Shown here piece after piece: positions 39,444 through 48,954 of a stretch of 64,000 nt of DNA. The notes beneath the pieces were generated by a model, which was not told where the DNA came from, searched no databases, and saw only the letters and a program-made list of their open reading frames with translations. The position numbers and the translations under genes were made by a program. The stretch covers positions 3,315 to 67,314 of the forward strand of contig CAMNKK010000004.1 of NCBI GenBank assembly GCA_946542235.1, written 5' to 3'. The DNA is from an uncultured Clostridia bacterium. Lineage in GTDB: Bacteria; Bacillota; Clostridia; Christensenellales; Aristaeellaceae. Position 1 is the stretch's first letter; every line of letters starts with the position of its first letter.

Positions 39444-41953
39444 ATCTTTCATTTTCAACCCGCGGCTGGAATGACCTCCCCTGGGAAGAGCAGCTTCAGG
39501 ATGCAGAAGAATATCATTTTCAAGGCATCGAGGTCTATAACCTGACCAGGATTCCGTCCCTCACCGACCGCAGCGGTCCCTTCCACGAGTATCACCTGAA
39601 TGAGACCATGCGGAATATGAAGGAACGTCACCTGGCCGTTTCCTGTCTGGATACTTCCATCGACCTGAGCGATGAAGATGTTTCCCGGGAGGAGTTTCAT
39701 CAGCTGATTCAGGCGGCCTCCGTGCTTCGCTCTCCGTGTATCTCCGTCTGTGCATTGAACGACACGGAAAAGCGGATCCGCCGGAACCTTGATCTGATTC
39801 TGCCGATGCTGGAAGGCACGGAAATCTGCCTTCTGATGAAAACGACCGGAATTTATGCGGATACGGAACGCCTGAGGGCTCTGCTCGACTCCTACGCAAG
39901 AGATGAACTGGGCGCTCTCTGGGATATGCATCATCCTTACCGGGACTTTGGGGAAAAGCCGGATGTTACCATTCGAAACCTGGGAGCCTATGTCCGTCAC
40001 GTCCACCTGCGGGATTCTGACGAAGAAGGAAACTACAATCTGATCGGTGAAGGCACCCTTCCGCTGAAGGACCTGATGCGGGCACTTGGTTCCATCGATT
40101 ATAACGGATTTCTTTCCATGGAATGGAAGCCGGAATGGATGCCCGAGCTTCCTGCCCGGGACATTATACTTCCCTATTTTATCAATTACATGCGCCGATT
40201 TGAAAATCCCCGGGGAAAGCGAAAGCTGCTTTACCCGAACCATGACGGAACAGGAAGGTATATCTGGAAAAAGGATGAGCTCATCAGCCTGACATTTCCA
40301 CAGGTTCTGGACCGTGTTGTTGAGGAGTTTCCGGATCAGTATGCCTTCCGATACACCACGCTGGACTATACCAGAACCTACGAGGAATTCCGTGAGGATG
40401 TGGATCGTTTTGCCCGCGCACTGATTTCCATGGGCGTCCGCCCCGGAAGCAAGGTAGCCATCTGGGCGACCAATGTACCGGCCTGGTATATCACCTTCTG
40501 GGCGGCCACAAAGATCGGAGCGATTCTGGTTACCGTAAACACTGCCTATAAGATTCACGAGGCAGAATATCTTTTCCGACAGAGCGACACACATACGCTG
40601 GTCATGATTGAATCCTGCCTGGACAGCAACTACCGTGCGATCATGAATGAGCTGTGTCCTGAGATTTCCGGAACCAAAGCCGGAGAACCGCTCCACTGCA
40701 AGCGGCTCCCCTTTCTGCGGAACATTATCACGGTAGGCTTCACCCAAAGCGGCTGCCTGACTTTTGAGGAAGCCATGGAGCGGGCTGACAGCGTGCCGGA
40801 GGAAAAGCTGCGGGAATATGCCAGCCGCGTCAAGCCGGATGACGTGTGCAATATGCAATACACCTCCGGTACCACTGGCTTTCCCAAGGGCGTCATGCTT
40901 ACCCATTACAATGTGGTAAACAACGGAAAATGTATCGGAGACCGGATGGGCCTCTCCACTGCGGACCGCATGATGATTCAGGTCCCCATGTTCCACTGTT
41001 TCGGAATGGTTCTTTCCATGACCTCTTCCATAACCCATGGGGCAACCCTTTGTCCCATGCCCTATTTCTCCGCCAAGAACTCTCTGGCATGCATTCATCA
41101 GGAAAGAATCACTTGCTTCAATGGTGTGCCGACGATGTTCATTGCCATGTTCAATCACGAGGATTACCGGAAGACAGATTTTTCTCATATGAGAACCGGG
41201 ATCATGGCCGGTGCAGGATGCCCTCCTGAGCTGATGCGCCGTGCAGCCCAGCCGGATGAGATGAATATGCGCGGTATTGTCAGCGTATACGGGCAGACGG
41301 AGTCCGCTCCCGGAAGCACCATGTCTGCCTGGGAGGACAGCCTGGATCTTCGGACTAATACGGTTGGCTATGCTTTTCCGAACGTGGAATGCAAGGTGAT
41401 TGATCCGGAAACCGGCAAAGAGCTTCCTGACGGAATGGACGGCGAATTCTGTTCCCGGGGATACAATACGATGAAAGGATACTACAAGATGCCGGAAGCC
41501 ACAGCTTCCGCCATCGACGCAGAAGGATGGCTTCATTCCGGAGATCTGGCCCGTCGGAATGAAGACGGAACCTACGTAATTACAGGGCGGCTGAAGGATA
41601 TGATCATTCGGGGCGGAGAAAATATCTACCCCAAGGAAATTGAGGAGTTCATCTATACGCATCCAGCCGTGGAAGATGTTCAGGTGATCGGTGTACCTGA
41701 TGCCAGATATGGGGAAGCTGTCATGGCCTGTATCATTCTGAAGGAAGGTCAGAAAGTGACAGAGAAGGAGATGACGGAATATATCCAGAGCCATATGGCC
41801 CGCCACAAGGTTCCTCAGTATATTGAATTCGTAAGCTCCTTCCCCATGAACGCCGCAGGAAAAGTACTGAAATACAGAATGCGGGAGGAAGCTATTGAAA
41901 AGCTGAAGCTGCAAAACGCGGCGGGCATTGATACTGCGAAAAGCAGATCGTAA
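39440..41953 (+). CDS. fusion of xylose-isomerase-like TIM barrel and AMP-forming acyl-CoA synthetase
   Basis: N-term GIEV, LWDMHHP, HVHLRD, SMEW; C-term YTSGTTGFPKG, YGQTE, SGDLA, GRLKDMIIRGGENIYP, GKVLK; GTG start overlaps the upstream stop. Confidence 0.9.
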   Translation: MNLSFSTRGWNDLPWEEQLQDAEEYHFQGIEVYNLTRIPSLTDRSGPFHEYHLNETMRNMKERHLAVSCLDTSIDLSDEDVSREEFHQLIQAASVLRSPCISVCALNDTEKRIRRNLDLILPMLEGTEICLLMKTTGIYADTERLRALLDSYARDELGALWDMHHPYRDFGEKPDVTIRNLGAYVRHVHLRDSDEEGNYNLIGEGTLPLKDLMRALGSIDYNGFLSMEWKPEWMPELPARDIILPYFINYMRRFENPRGKRKLLYPNHDGTGRYIWKKDELISLTFPQVLDRVVEEFPDQYAFRYTTLDYTRTYEEFREDVDRFARALISMGVRPGSKVAIWATNVPAWYITFWAATKIGAILVTVNTAYKIHEAEYLFRQSDTHTLVMIESCLDSNYRAIMNELCPEISGTKAGEPLHCKRLPFLRNIITVGFTQSGCLTFEEAMERADSVPEEKLREYASRVKPDDVCNMQYTSGTTGFPKGVMLTHYNVVNNGKCIGDRMGLSTADRMMIQVPMFHCFGMVLSMTSSITHGATLCPMPYFSAKNSLACIHQERITCFNGVPTMFIAMFNHEDYRKTDFSHMRTGIMAGAGCPPELMRRAAQPDEMNMRGIVSVYGQTESAPGSTMSAWEDSLDLRTNTVGYAFPNVECKVIDPETGKELPDGMDGEFCSRGYNTMKGYYKMPEATASAIDAEGWLHSGDLARRNEDGTYVITGRLKDMIIRGGENIYPKEIEEFIYTHPAVEDVQVIGVPDARYGEAVMACIILKEGQKVTEKEMTEYIQSHMARHKVPQYIEFVSSFPMNAAGKVLKYRMREEAIEKLKLQNAAGIDTAKSRS

Positions 41954-41972
41954 GCCTGCTGCAAGGCAGCGA

Positions 41973-42004
41973 AAAGACCCCCGGCTGAAACCGCCGGGGG
42001 CTTT
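41973..42004. terminator. terminator between convergent genes
   Basis: CCCCCGGC-TGAAACC-GCCGGGGG stem with AAAG/CTTT flanks. Confidence 0.75.
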
Positions 42005-42015
42005 GCTATCCTTGA

Positions 42016-43020
42016 TCAGATGTTAAGAAGATACTTGTATTGTGCAGGATCCTCCAGAACCCTGGCGCAGCCGAGAACCGTGCAGTCTCTTGCTTCATCC
42101 GCGACTCTGCAGGGTACTTTCAGAACGCTGGAAATGGCTTCAGAAAGGCCGTAGAGTTGGGAGGCTCCGCCGGCCAGCGTAATTCCGCTTTCAAAGATAT
42201 CTGAGGCGAGCTGGGGCGGCGTTTTTTCGATCAGCACCTGAATGCCTTCGATCAGATCATTGACGCAGTCAATCAGGGATTCATAGATCTCGTCGGACTC
42301 AACCGTCATGGTTTTGGGCAGGCCGGATATAAGATTTCTGCCGGTGATGTCCATGGAAATCAGCTGATCCCGTCGGATTGCACTGCCAAGGGTAATCTTG
42401 ACCTGTTCGGCGGTCCGTTCTCCGATCAGCATGTTATACTTGCGGCGCAGGAAACGGATAATGGCGTCATCAAACTGATCCCCGCCAATATGAAGGCTGC
42501 TGATAACCGTCGGGGTACCGTTATACAGGACGGAAAGATCCGTGCCTCCGGCGCTTATATCCACCAGCATGCATCCATATTCTCCCAGAAAGTTCAGCTG
42601 CGCTCCCAGTGCAGTAGCAATATTCCGGTCCAGAAGCTGCGTCCTTCTGACTCCGGCGTCAAACAGCGTAGTTACCAGCGCCTTTTTCTCGATTTCCTTG
42701 ACTCCGGAAGGCGTTGAAAGAATGGCTCTTGGACGGGAAAGCCGATGGTTTCCCGTTACCCGTGCCACAAAAAAGCGCAGCATATTTCCAGTCAGATCGA
42801 AGTCGATCATTTCACCCTGCGCAAGCGGCCGAATCACCTGAATGTTGGACGGAGTCCGGCCGATCATTCGCCAGGCTTCTGTCCCGAAAGCCAGAATCCG
42901 CCGCGTTTCCTGATCAACCGAAACAGCAGAAGGTTCACGAAGGACAACCCCCTGGCCCTTCATGTAGATGACAACATTTGACGTCCCCAGATCGATTGCA
43001 ATATCGTTAACCTGCGCCAT
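42016..43020 (-). CDS. divergent MreB/Mbl family actin-like protein
   Basis: IDLGTSN, EPSAV, GRTP, IGERTAEQVK, GRNLISGLPK, TPPQLASDI. Confidence 0.92.
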   Translation of the reverse strand: MAQVNDIAIDLGTSNVVIYMKGQGVVLREPSAVSVDQETRRILAFGTEAWRMIGRTPSNIQVIRPLAQGEMIDFDLTGNMLRFFVARVTGNHRLSRPRAILSTPSGVKEIEKKALVTTLFDAGVRRTQLLDRNIATALGAQLNFLGEYGCMLVDISAGGTDLSVLYNGTPTVISSLHIGGDQFDDAIIRFLRRKYNMLIGERTAEQVKITLGSAIRRDQLISMDITGRNLISGLPKTMTVESDEIYESLIDCVNDLIEGIQVLIEKTPPQLASDIFESGITLAGGASQLYGLSEAISSVLKVPCRVADEARDCTVLGCARVLEDPAQYKYLLNI

Positions 43021-43094
43021 GAAAAAATCCTTTCAGGCCCGAAATATCGAGCAAGTGTCATGATAACATGAACCCTGTTCAAATTCAAGCTTTC

Positions 43095-43123
43095 TTGACA
43101 ATCCAGTTTTATTCCTTCATAAT
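43095..43123 (+). promoter_or_regulatory. sigma-A promoter of the DUF512-der-plsY operon
   Basis: TTGACA-17 nt-CATAAT. Confidence 0.7.
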
Positions 43124-43159
43124 AATATGATCTGAGTTTTACGGAAAGGAGGGAGCCGG

Positions 43160-44473
43160 GTGGCGATTCAGATTCTGTCTGTGACCAGGGGTTCTCCGGC
43201 GGACAAAGCCGGAATCAGGCCGGGAGAAACGTTGCTGAAAATCGACGGAGAGGATATTCTGGATGAGATTGACTATCAGGCTCTCTCCATAAAAAACCGG
43301 CTCAGACTGGAGCTGCAGGATGTTCAGGGGCAGCCTCGGACCCTTACCGTGCACAAGCATGCCTCCTCTCCTCTTGGGCTGCAGCTGGATGAGCGGATCA
43401 TCCTGGAACCCAGAGTCTGCAGGAATCACTGTGTCTTCTGCTTTGTAGATCAGATGCCGAAAGGAATGCGGCCTACGCTGTATGTGAAGGACGATGACTG
43501 GCGTCTGAGCCTGATGATGGGTAATTTTGTTACGCTGACAAATGTGGATGACCGGGAGTTCGATCGGATTCTCCGGAGAAAAGCTTCTCCGCTATATATT
43601 TCCGTCCACGCAACGGATCCGGAAGTCCGCAGTCGCATGCTTCGCAACCCCAATGCCGGAAATCTGCTGGACCGTCTCCGCCGCATGAAGGAAGCCGGGC
43701 TGGAATTCCACTGCCAGGTCGTACTCTGCCCCGGTCTGAATGATGGCTCTGTGCTTCATCAGACCATCGTGGATCTGGCGAATCTTTATCCTGCTGCAAG
43801 AAGTCTTGCAATTGTTCCCATCGGCTTGACGGACCATCGGGAAGGCCTTTTCCCGCTTCGCCTGTTCAAAAAGGAAGAAGCCAGGGAACTTGTCCGGGAC
43901 TTTGAGCTGATACAGGCTTATTATCTCCGGGAGCTTGGAACCCGGTTTATTTTCCCGGCAGATGAATTTTACAGTATCGCCGGACTGTCTGTCCCTCCGG
44001 AAGACGCATATGAAGGCTATCCGCAGATCGAAAACGGCATCGGCATGCTGCGCCTGTTGGCACAGGAGTGCGAGGACAATTGGCCTGCATTCAACGATTT
44101 ACAAAGCGCTCCCGTTCCCGAATCCCGCCGGCGTATTCTGATTCCAACCGGGGTTTCCGCCTATTCCTACATCCGGGAACTGGCTGATAAATACGCCCCT
44201 GACGGATGCAGCGTGCATGTATTTGCAGTTCCCAACCGTTTTTTCGGACCCTCCGTGACCGTTACGGGGCTAATTACCGGAAAGGATCTGATGGAAGCTC
44301 TGCAGGGGCAGCAGGCAGACCGTATTCTGATTTCATGCAGTATGCTTCGGGAGAACGAAGACGTCTTTCTGGATGACTGCACCGTTCAGGAGATTGAAGA
44401 AAAAACAGGCATACCAGTTCGCGTTGTACAAAATCACGGTGAGGATTTTCTTCGCGCGCTGTACGGTGAATAA
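43160..44473 (+). CDS. PDZ + DUF512 radical-SAM-like protein
   Basis: GSPADKAGI PDZ, CRNHCVFC, KDDDWRLS, QIENGIG; conserved upstream of der. Confidence 0.92.
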   Translation: MAIQILSVTRGSPADKAGIRPGETLLKIDGEDILDEIDYQALSIKNRLRLELQDVQGQPRTLTVHKHASSPLGLQLDERIILEPRVCRNHCVFCFVDQMPKGMRPTLYVKDDDWRLSLMMGNFVTLTNVDDREFDRILRRKASPLYISVHATDPEVRSRMLRNPNAGNLLDRLRRMKEAGLEFHCQVVLCPGLNDGSVLHQTIVDLANLYPAARSLAIVPIGLTDHREGLFPLRLFKKEEARELVRDFELIQAYYLRELGTRFIFPADEFYSIAGLSVPPEDAYEGYPQIENGIGMLRLLAQECEDNWPAFNDLQSAPVPESRRRILIPTGVSAYSYIRELADKYAPDGCSVHVFAVPNRFFGPSVTVTGLITGKDLMEALQGQQADRILISCSMLRENEDVFLDDCTVQEIEEKTGIPVRVVQNHGEDFLRALYGE

Positions 44474-44490
44474 ATCTGAGGAGGCAAAGA

Positions 44491-45825
44491 ATGGCAAATC
44501 CACTTGTTGCGATCATCGGAAGGCCTAATGTTGGAAAATCAACCTTTTTTAACAAGATGGCCGGGCACCGGATCAGTATTGTAGATGATATACCCGGAGT
44601 TACAAGGGACAGGATTTATGCAGATGTAGAATGGCTTGGCCGCAAACTGACGTTGATTGATACCGGCGGAATCGATCCCCGCAGCGAGGACGAGCTGCTG
44701 TCTCAGATGCGGGAGCAGGCGGAGATTGCCATGGACACCGCTGATGTCATCTGCTTTTTTGCCGACGCCAGAGACGGCCTGACCGACGATGACCGGGAAG
44801 TGGCAAACATGCTCCGGCGGACGCATAAGCCGGTCATTCTGGTGGTAAATAAGATCGACTATCCCGGGCTCAGCAATGATCTCTACGAGTTCTATGAGCT
44901 GGGGCTGGGGGATCCTGTTGGGATCAGCGCTGCCAACATGCTCGGGTTCGGAGACCTGCTTGACGAAATCTTCCGTCATCTGCCAGAGATTCCGCCGATG
45001 GAAGAAGAGGAAGGCCACGTGCTCCAGCTGGCTGTTGTCGGCCGGCCGAATGTAGGAAAAAGCTCTCTGACCAACCGGCTCCTCGGCCAGAAAAGAACCA
45101 TGGTTTCCGATATTGCCGGAACGACCCGGGATGCCATTGACACCCTCTTCAGAATGCCGGACGGAACATCCGTCAATATAATTGATACCGCGGGCATTCG
45201 TCGGAAAAGGGCCATAGAAGACGAAAGCCTGGAACGTTACAGTGTGCTTCGATCCATCGCGGCAATCCGGCGGTGCGATGTTGCCGTGCTGATGATTGAC
45301 GCGCAGGACGGGGTGACAGAGCAGGATACAAAGATTGCGGGTATTATTCATGACGAAGGGAAAGCCGCTATACTTCTGGTCAATAAATGGGATGCGATCG
45401 AGAAAGACACAGGTACGCTGGAAAAAACCAGAAAACAGATTTTGTCCGACCTGAAGTTTATGGATTACTGTCCTGTGATGTTTGTATCTGCCCTGACCGG
45501 TCAGCGGGTGAATACGGTGCTTGACCAGGTGAAGTCAGTCTATGCCATGGCCTGCAAACGGATTACTACAGGCGTATTGAATGACGTTCTGAATGAAGCA
45601 ACCAATGCGCTGCAGCCTCCCCTGCAGGGAGGACGGCGTCTGAAGATCTTTTATGCCACTCAGCAGGGAACCTGCCCTCCTACCTTTATTCTTTTCGTCA
45701 ATGATGAGAAGCTTATGTTCTTCGCTTATGAGCGTTACCTTGAAAACTATTTCAGGAAGGCCTTCGAATTCACGGGTACTCCCATCCGGTTTATTCTGAG
45801 GCCGCGCAAAAAGGAGGCAAATTGA
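44491..45825 (+). CDS. der: ribosome biogenesis GTPase Der (EngA)
   Basis: two GRPNVGKS G domains, GVTRD and GTTRD. Confidence 0.98.
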   Translation: MANPLVAIIGRPNVGKSTFFNKMAGHRISIVDDIPGVTRDRIYADVEWLGRKLTLIDTGGIDPRSEDELLSQMREQAEIAMDTADVICFFADARDGLTDDDREVANMLRRTHKPVILVVNKIDYPGLSNDLYEFYELGLGDPVGISAANMLGFGDLLDEIFRHLPEIPPMEEEEGHVLQLAVVGRPNVGKSSLTNRLLGQKRTMVSDIAGTTRDAIDTLFRMPDGTSVNIIDTAGIRRKRAIEDESLERYSVLRSIAAIRRCDVAVLMIDAQDGVTEQDTKIAGIIHDEGKAAILLVNKWDAIEKDTGTLEKTRKQILSDLKFMDYCPVMFVSALTGQRVNTVLDQVKSVYAMACKRITTGVLNDVLNEATNALQPPLQGGRRLKIFYATQQGTCPPTFILFVNDEKLMFFAYERYLENYFRKAFEFTGTPIRFILRPRKKEAN

Positions 45826-45826
45826 T

Positions 45827-46462
45827 ATGCCTGTATGGATTCTTTTCCTGCTGGCCGGTGTGGCCGCTTATTGTCTTGGCTCCATTTCCACCGGAATTCT
45901 GGTATCCCGTGCCATGCACGGACCGGACCTGTATACCGTGGGAAGCAGGAATACCGGCGCTACCAACGTCCAGCGCACCATGGGCTGGAAGCCGGGGCTG
46001 ATCACCTTCTGGGGAGATGCCATCAAAGCGCTGATTGCCTGCTTCCTAGGACAGCTGATAACAGGCTCCCATGAAGGCGCCCTTTTCGCCGGGATCTGGG
46101 TGATCATCGGACACAACTGGCCCGTATTTTTCGGCTTCAGGGGCGGCAAAGGCGTTGCGAGCAGCTGCGGCGTTCTGCTTTTCTGCTTCCCGCTTCATGC
46201 GCTCATCTGCTTTGCTGCCGGACTGTCTGTCATTCTGTTGACAAAGTATGTGTCCGCAGGAAGTCTGACCGTTCTGATCCTGTATGCCATCCTGATTTCA
46301 GTCAGCGGCATCTTGCCCGGAGCCCTTTATATCCCTGCTGACTGGCGGGTAATTTTATGGGCCGTACTCCTTGCCGGCATGTGTATACTGCGCCATCGGA
46401 GCAATATTCAGCGGCTGATCAACGGAACCGAAAACAAGCTGGGTGGGAAGAAGAAGCTCTGA
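45827..46462 (+). CDS. plsY: glycerol-3-phosphate acyltransferase PlsY
   Basis: GSRNTGATN, GHNWP..GGKGVA, RHRSNI.RL..G.E. Confidence 0.96.
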   Translation: MPVWILFLLAGVAAYCLGSISTGILVSRAMHGPDLYTVGSRNTGATNVQRTMGWKPGLITFWGDAIKALIACFLGQLITGSHEGALFAGIWVIIGHNWPVFFGFRGGKGVASSCGVLLFCFPLHALICFAAGLSVILLTKYVSAGSLTVLILYAILISVSGILPGALYIPADWRVILWAVLLAGMCILRHRSNIQRLINGTENKLGGKKKL

Positions 46463-46534
46463 TTCCCTCCCTGACAATCCACTTACCGCATGGAAGATAT
46501 TGCTGTGCAATCCGCTCAGAAAGGGGAAACTGTT

Positions 46535-48334
46535 TTGTCGGACGCTAATAATATCCGTAATTTTTGCATTATTGCCCATATAGATCATGGAAAAAGCACT
46601 CTGGCGGACCGAATACTCGAACGTACAGGCGTATTCGAGCACAGGGAAATGGTTGATCAGATTCTGGACAGCATGGAGCTGGAACGGGAAAGGGGCATTA
46701 CCATTAAAAGCAAGGCAGTTCACATGCCTTACCAGGCCAGGAATGGAAAGGAATATATTCTGAACCTGATTGACACTCCCGGGCATGTCGACTTCACTTA
46801 CGAGGTCTCCCGGGCGCTCGCAGCCTGCGAAGGCGCACTCCTGGTCGTGGATGCAACCCAGGGCATCGAAGCCCAGACTCTGGCTAATGTTTATCTGGCG
46901 CTGGAACACGATCTGGAGATTATTCCCGTCATCAACAAGATCGACCTGCCTTCTGCCAGGCCGGAAGAAACCCGTCAGGAAATTGAGGAAGTAATTGGGC
47001 TGGACGCCAGCTACGCCCCATGCATATCGGCCAAAACCGGCTTGAATGTGGACCAGGTGCTGGAAGCCATCGTGGAGCATATTCCTTCTCCGGGCGGCGA
47101 TCCGGCCAAGCCTCTGCAGGCATTGATTTTTGATGCGTTTTATGACAATTACCGCGGAGCAATCTGTTTCGTTCGGGTAAAGGAAGGAAGCATCCACCCC
47201 GGAATGCGGATGCGGCTGATGGCCACCGGCGGTGAATTCGATGTGGTGGAAGTAGGCATTTTTTCTCCCGGATACACCCCCTGCGACATCCTGAAAGCCG
47301 GAGATGTGGGATATGTTGCCGCCTCGATCAAAGATGTCAGCGAAACACGGGTAGGTGATACAATCACCGATGCCGCCCGGCCTGCTTCAGAGCCGCTTCC
47401 CGGTTACCGGCATGTAACACCTATGGTATACTGCGGGATCTATCCGGCCGATGGAGCGGATTATCCCGCTCTGAAGGACGCCCTGGAAAAGCTGAGAATG
47501 AACGATGCTTCCCTCTCCTTTGAGCCGGAAACTTCTGCTGCGCTGGGATACGGTTTTCGATGCGGATTCCTGGGGCTTCTGCATATGGACATCCTGACGA
47601 CGCGTCTGGAAAGGGAATTCGATCTGAACCTGGTCACCACTGCTCCCAGCGTAATTTATCGTGTGAACAGGACAAACGGAGAATCAATCATGATTGATAA
47701 TCCCACCAATCTGCCGCCGGTCACGGAAATTGAAAGCATTGAAGAGCCTTTTGTTCACGCCACCATCTATACTCCTCAGGATTCCGTCGGCACGCTCATG
47801 GATCTGTGTCAGGATAAAAGAGGCATATTCCTGGACATGCAGTTCGAAGGAAACCGTGTCAAGCTGAATTATGAGCTTCCGCTCAATGAAATCATTTTTG
47901 ATTTCTTTGATCAGATCAAAAGCCGCAGCAGAGGATATGCCTCCTTTGATTATGAAATGAAGGACTACCGCCGGGGAGATCTTGTCAAGCTGGATATCCT
48001 TCTCAATGGGGAGCTTTGCGACGCATTTTCCATTATTGTTCATCGTGAAAAAGCATATGCCCGGGGCCGGAGTATCGCGGAAAAGCTGAAGGATGTCATT
48101 CCGAGACAGCAATTTGAAATTCCGATCCAGGCAGCCATCGGAGGAAAAGTGATAGCGCGGGAAACCGTAAAAGCCATGCGAAAGGATGTTCTGGCCAAAT
48201 GTTACGGCGGCGATATAACCAGAAAGAAAAAATTGCTGGAAAAGCAGAAGGAAGGCAAAAAGCGGATGCGGCAGTTCGGCAGCGTACAGGTGCCCAGCGA
48301 AGCATTTATCGCGGTGCTCAAGATGGATTCCTGA
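46535..48334 (+). CDS. lepA: translation elongation factor 4
   Basis: [37 protein letters not shown]; TTG start at 46535 behind AAAGGGG. Confidence 0.98.
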   Translation: MSDANNIRNFCIIAHIDHGKSTLADRILERTGVFEHREMVDQILDSMELERERGITIKSKAVHMPYQARNGKEYILNLIDTPGHVDFTYEVSRALAACEGALLVVDATQGIEAQTLANVYLALEHDLEIIPVINKIDLPSARPEETRQEIEEVIGLDASYAPCISAKTGLNVDQVLEAIVEHIPSPGGDPAKPLQALIFDAFYDNYRGAICFVRVKEGSIHPGMRMRLMATGGEFDVVEVGIFSPGYTPCDILKAGDVGYVAASIKDVSETRVGDTITDAARPASEPLPGYRHVTPMVYCGIYPADGADYPALKDALEKLRMNDASLSFEPETSAALGYGFRCGFLGLLHMDILTTRLEREFDLNLVTTAPSVIYRVNRTNGESIMIDNPTNLPPVTEIESIEEPFVHATIYTPQDSVGTLMDLCQDKRGIFLDMQFEGNRVKLNYELPLNEIIFDFFDQIKSRSRGYASFDYEMKDYRRGDLVKLDILLNGELCDAFSIIVHREKAYARGRSIAEKLKDVIPRQQFEIPIQAAIGGKVIARETVKAMRKDVLAKCYGGDITRKKKLLEKQKEGKKRMRQFGSVQVPSEAFIAVLKMDS

Positions 48335-48444
48335 AGCTCCGGCATCGGAAGCGGCGGTCTCTTCTCTGCGAGCTGAAAGAATCCGGTTTCCCCTGTTATG
48401 ATTATTCTGCCGTCTCTGCGGTCTCCTGCTCTCCGTCCGTCTGT

Positions 48445-48906
48445 CTGTGCTTTACAGGACACAGACATATTCCTGAAAAGGAAAGGGAAAAACTGAAGAA
48501 GCGCCTTTCTTCTTACCTGGAAAACAGCTATGCCTGCGGAAAACGCGTTTTCCTTTCCGGAGGTGCGCTGGGCTTTGATACGCTGGCTGCGCTGGCGGTG
48601 CTTGAAATCAGGCAGCGTCATTCGGACGTCTCTCTGTTCATGGTTCTCCCCTGCCGGAGCCAATCCTCGCGCTGGAGCGCGGCTGATCAACAGGAATATC
48701 AGAAGATTCTGAAAGCTTCCGACAGGGTGCTGTATGTTTCAGAAGAGTATTTTCCCGGATGCATGCAGAAAAGAAACCGCTTCATGGTAGACCACTCAGA
48801 TACATGCTGCTGCTATCTGACCAGCTGCAGAGGCGGTACATGGAATACCGTATCCTATGCCTATGATCAGCATCTTTCCATTCATAATCTTGCAAACGAT
48901 CTCTGA
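48445..48906 (+). CDS. DUF1273/YpsA (SLOG) family protein; start uncertain
   Basis: CFTGHR, SGGALGFD, RNRFMVDHS, GGT; no clear in-frame start codon. Confidence 0.75.
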   Translation: MCFTGHRHIPEKEREKLKKRLSSYLENSYACGKRVFLSGGALGFDTLAALAVLEIRQRHSDVSLFMVLPCRSQSSRWSAADQQEYQKILKASDRVLYVSEEYFPGCMQKRNRFMVDHSDTCCCYLTSCRGGTWNTVSYAYDQHLSIHNLANDL

Positions 48907-48954
48907 TATGCGTCCGGTCCACGTTCGCCCGATTGGAGGAAACTATACATTCCT

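Noticed and set aside
39455-41914. 819-aa antisense ORF
   Set aside because: It mirrors the ligase gene codon for codon; a shadow ORF with no motifs or RBS.
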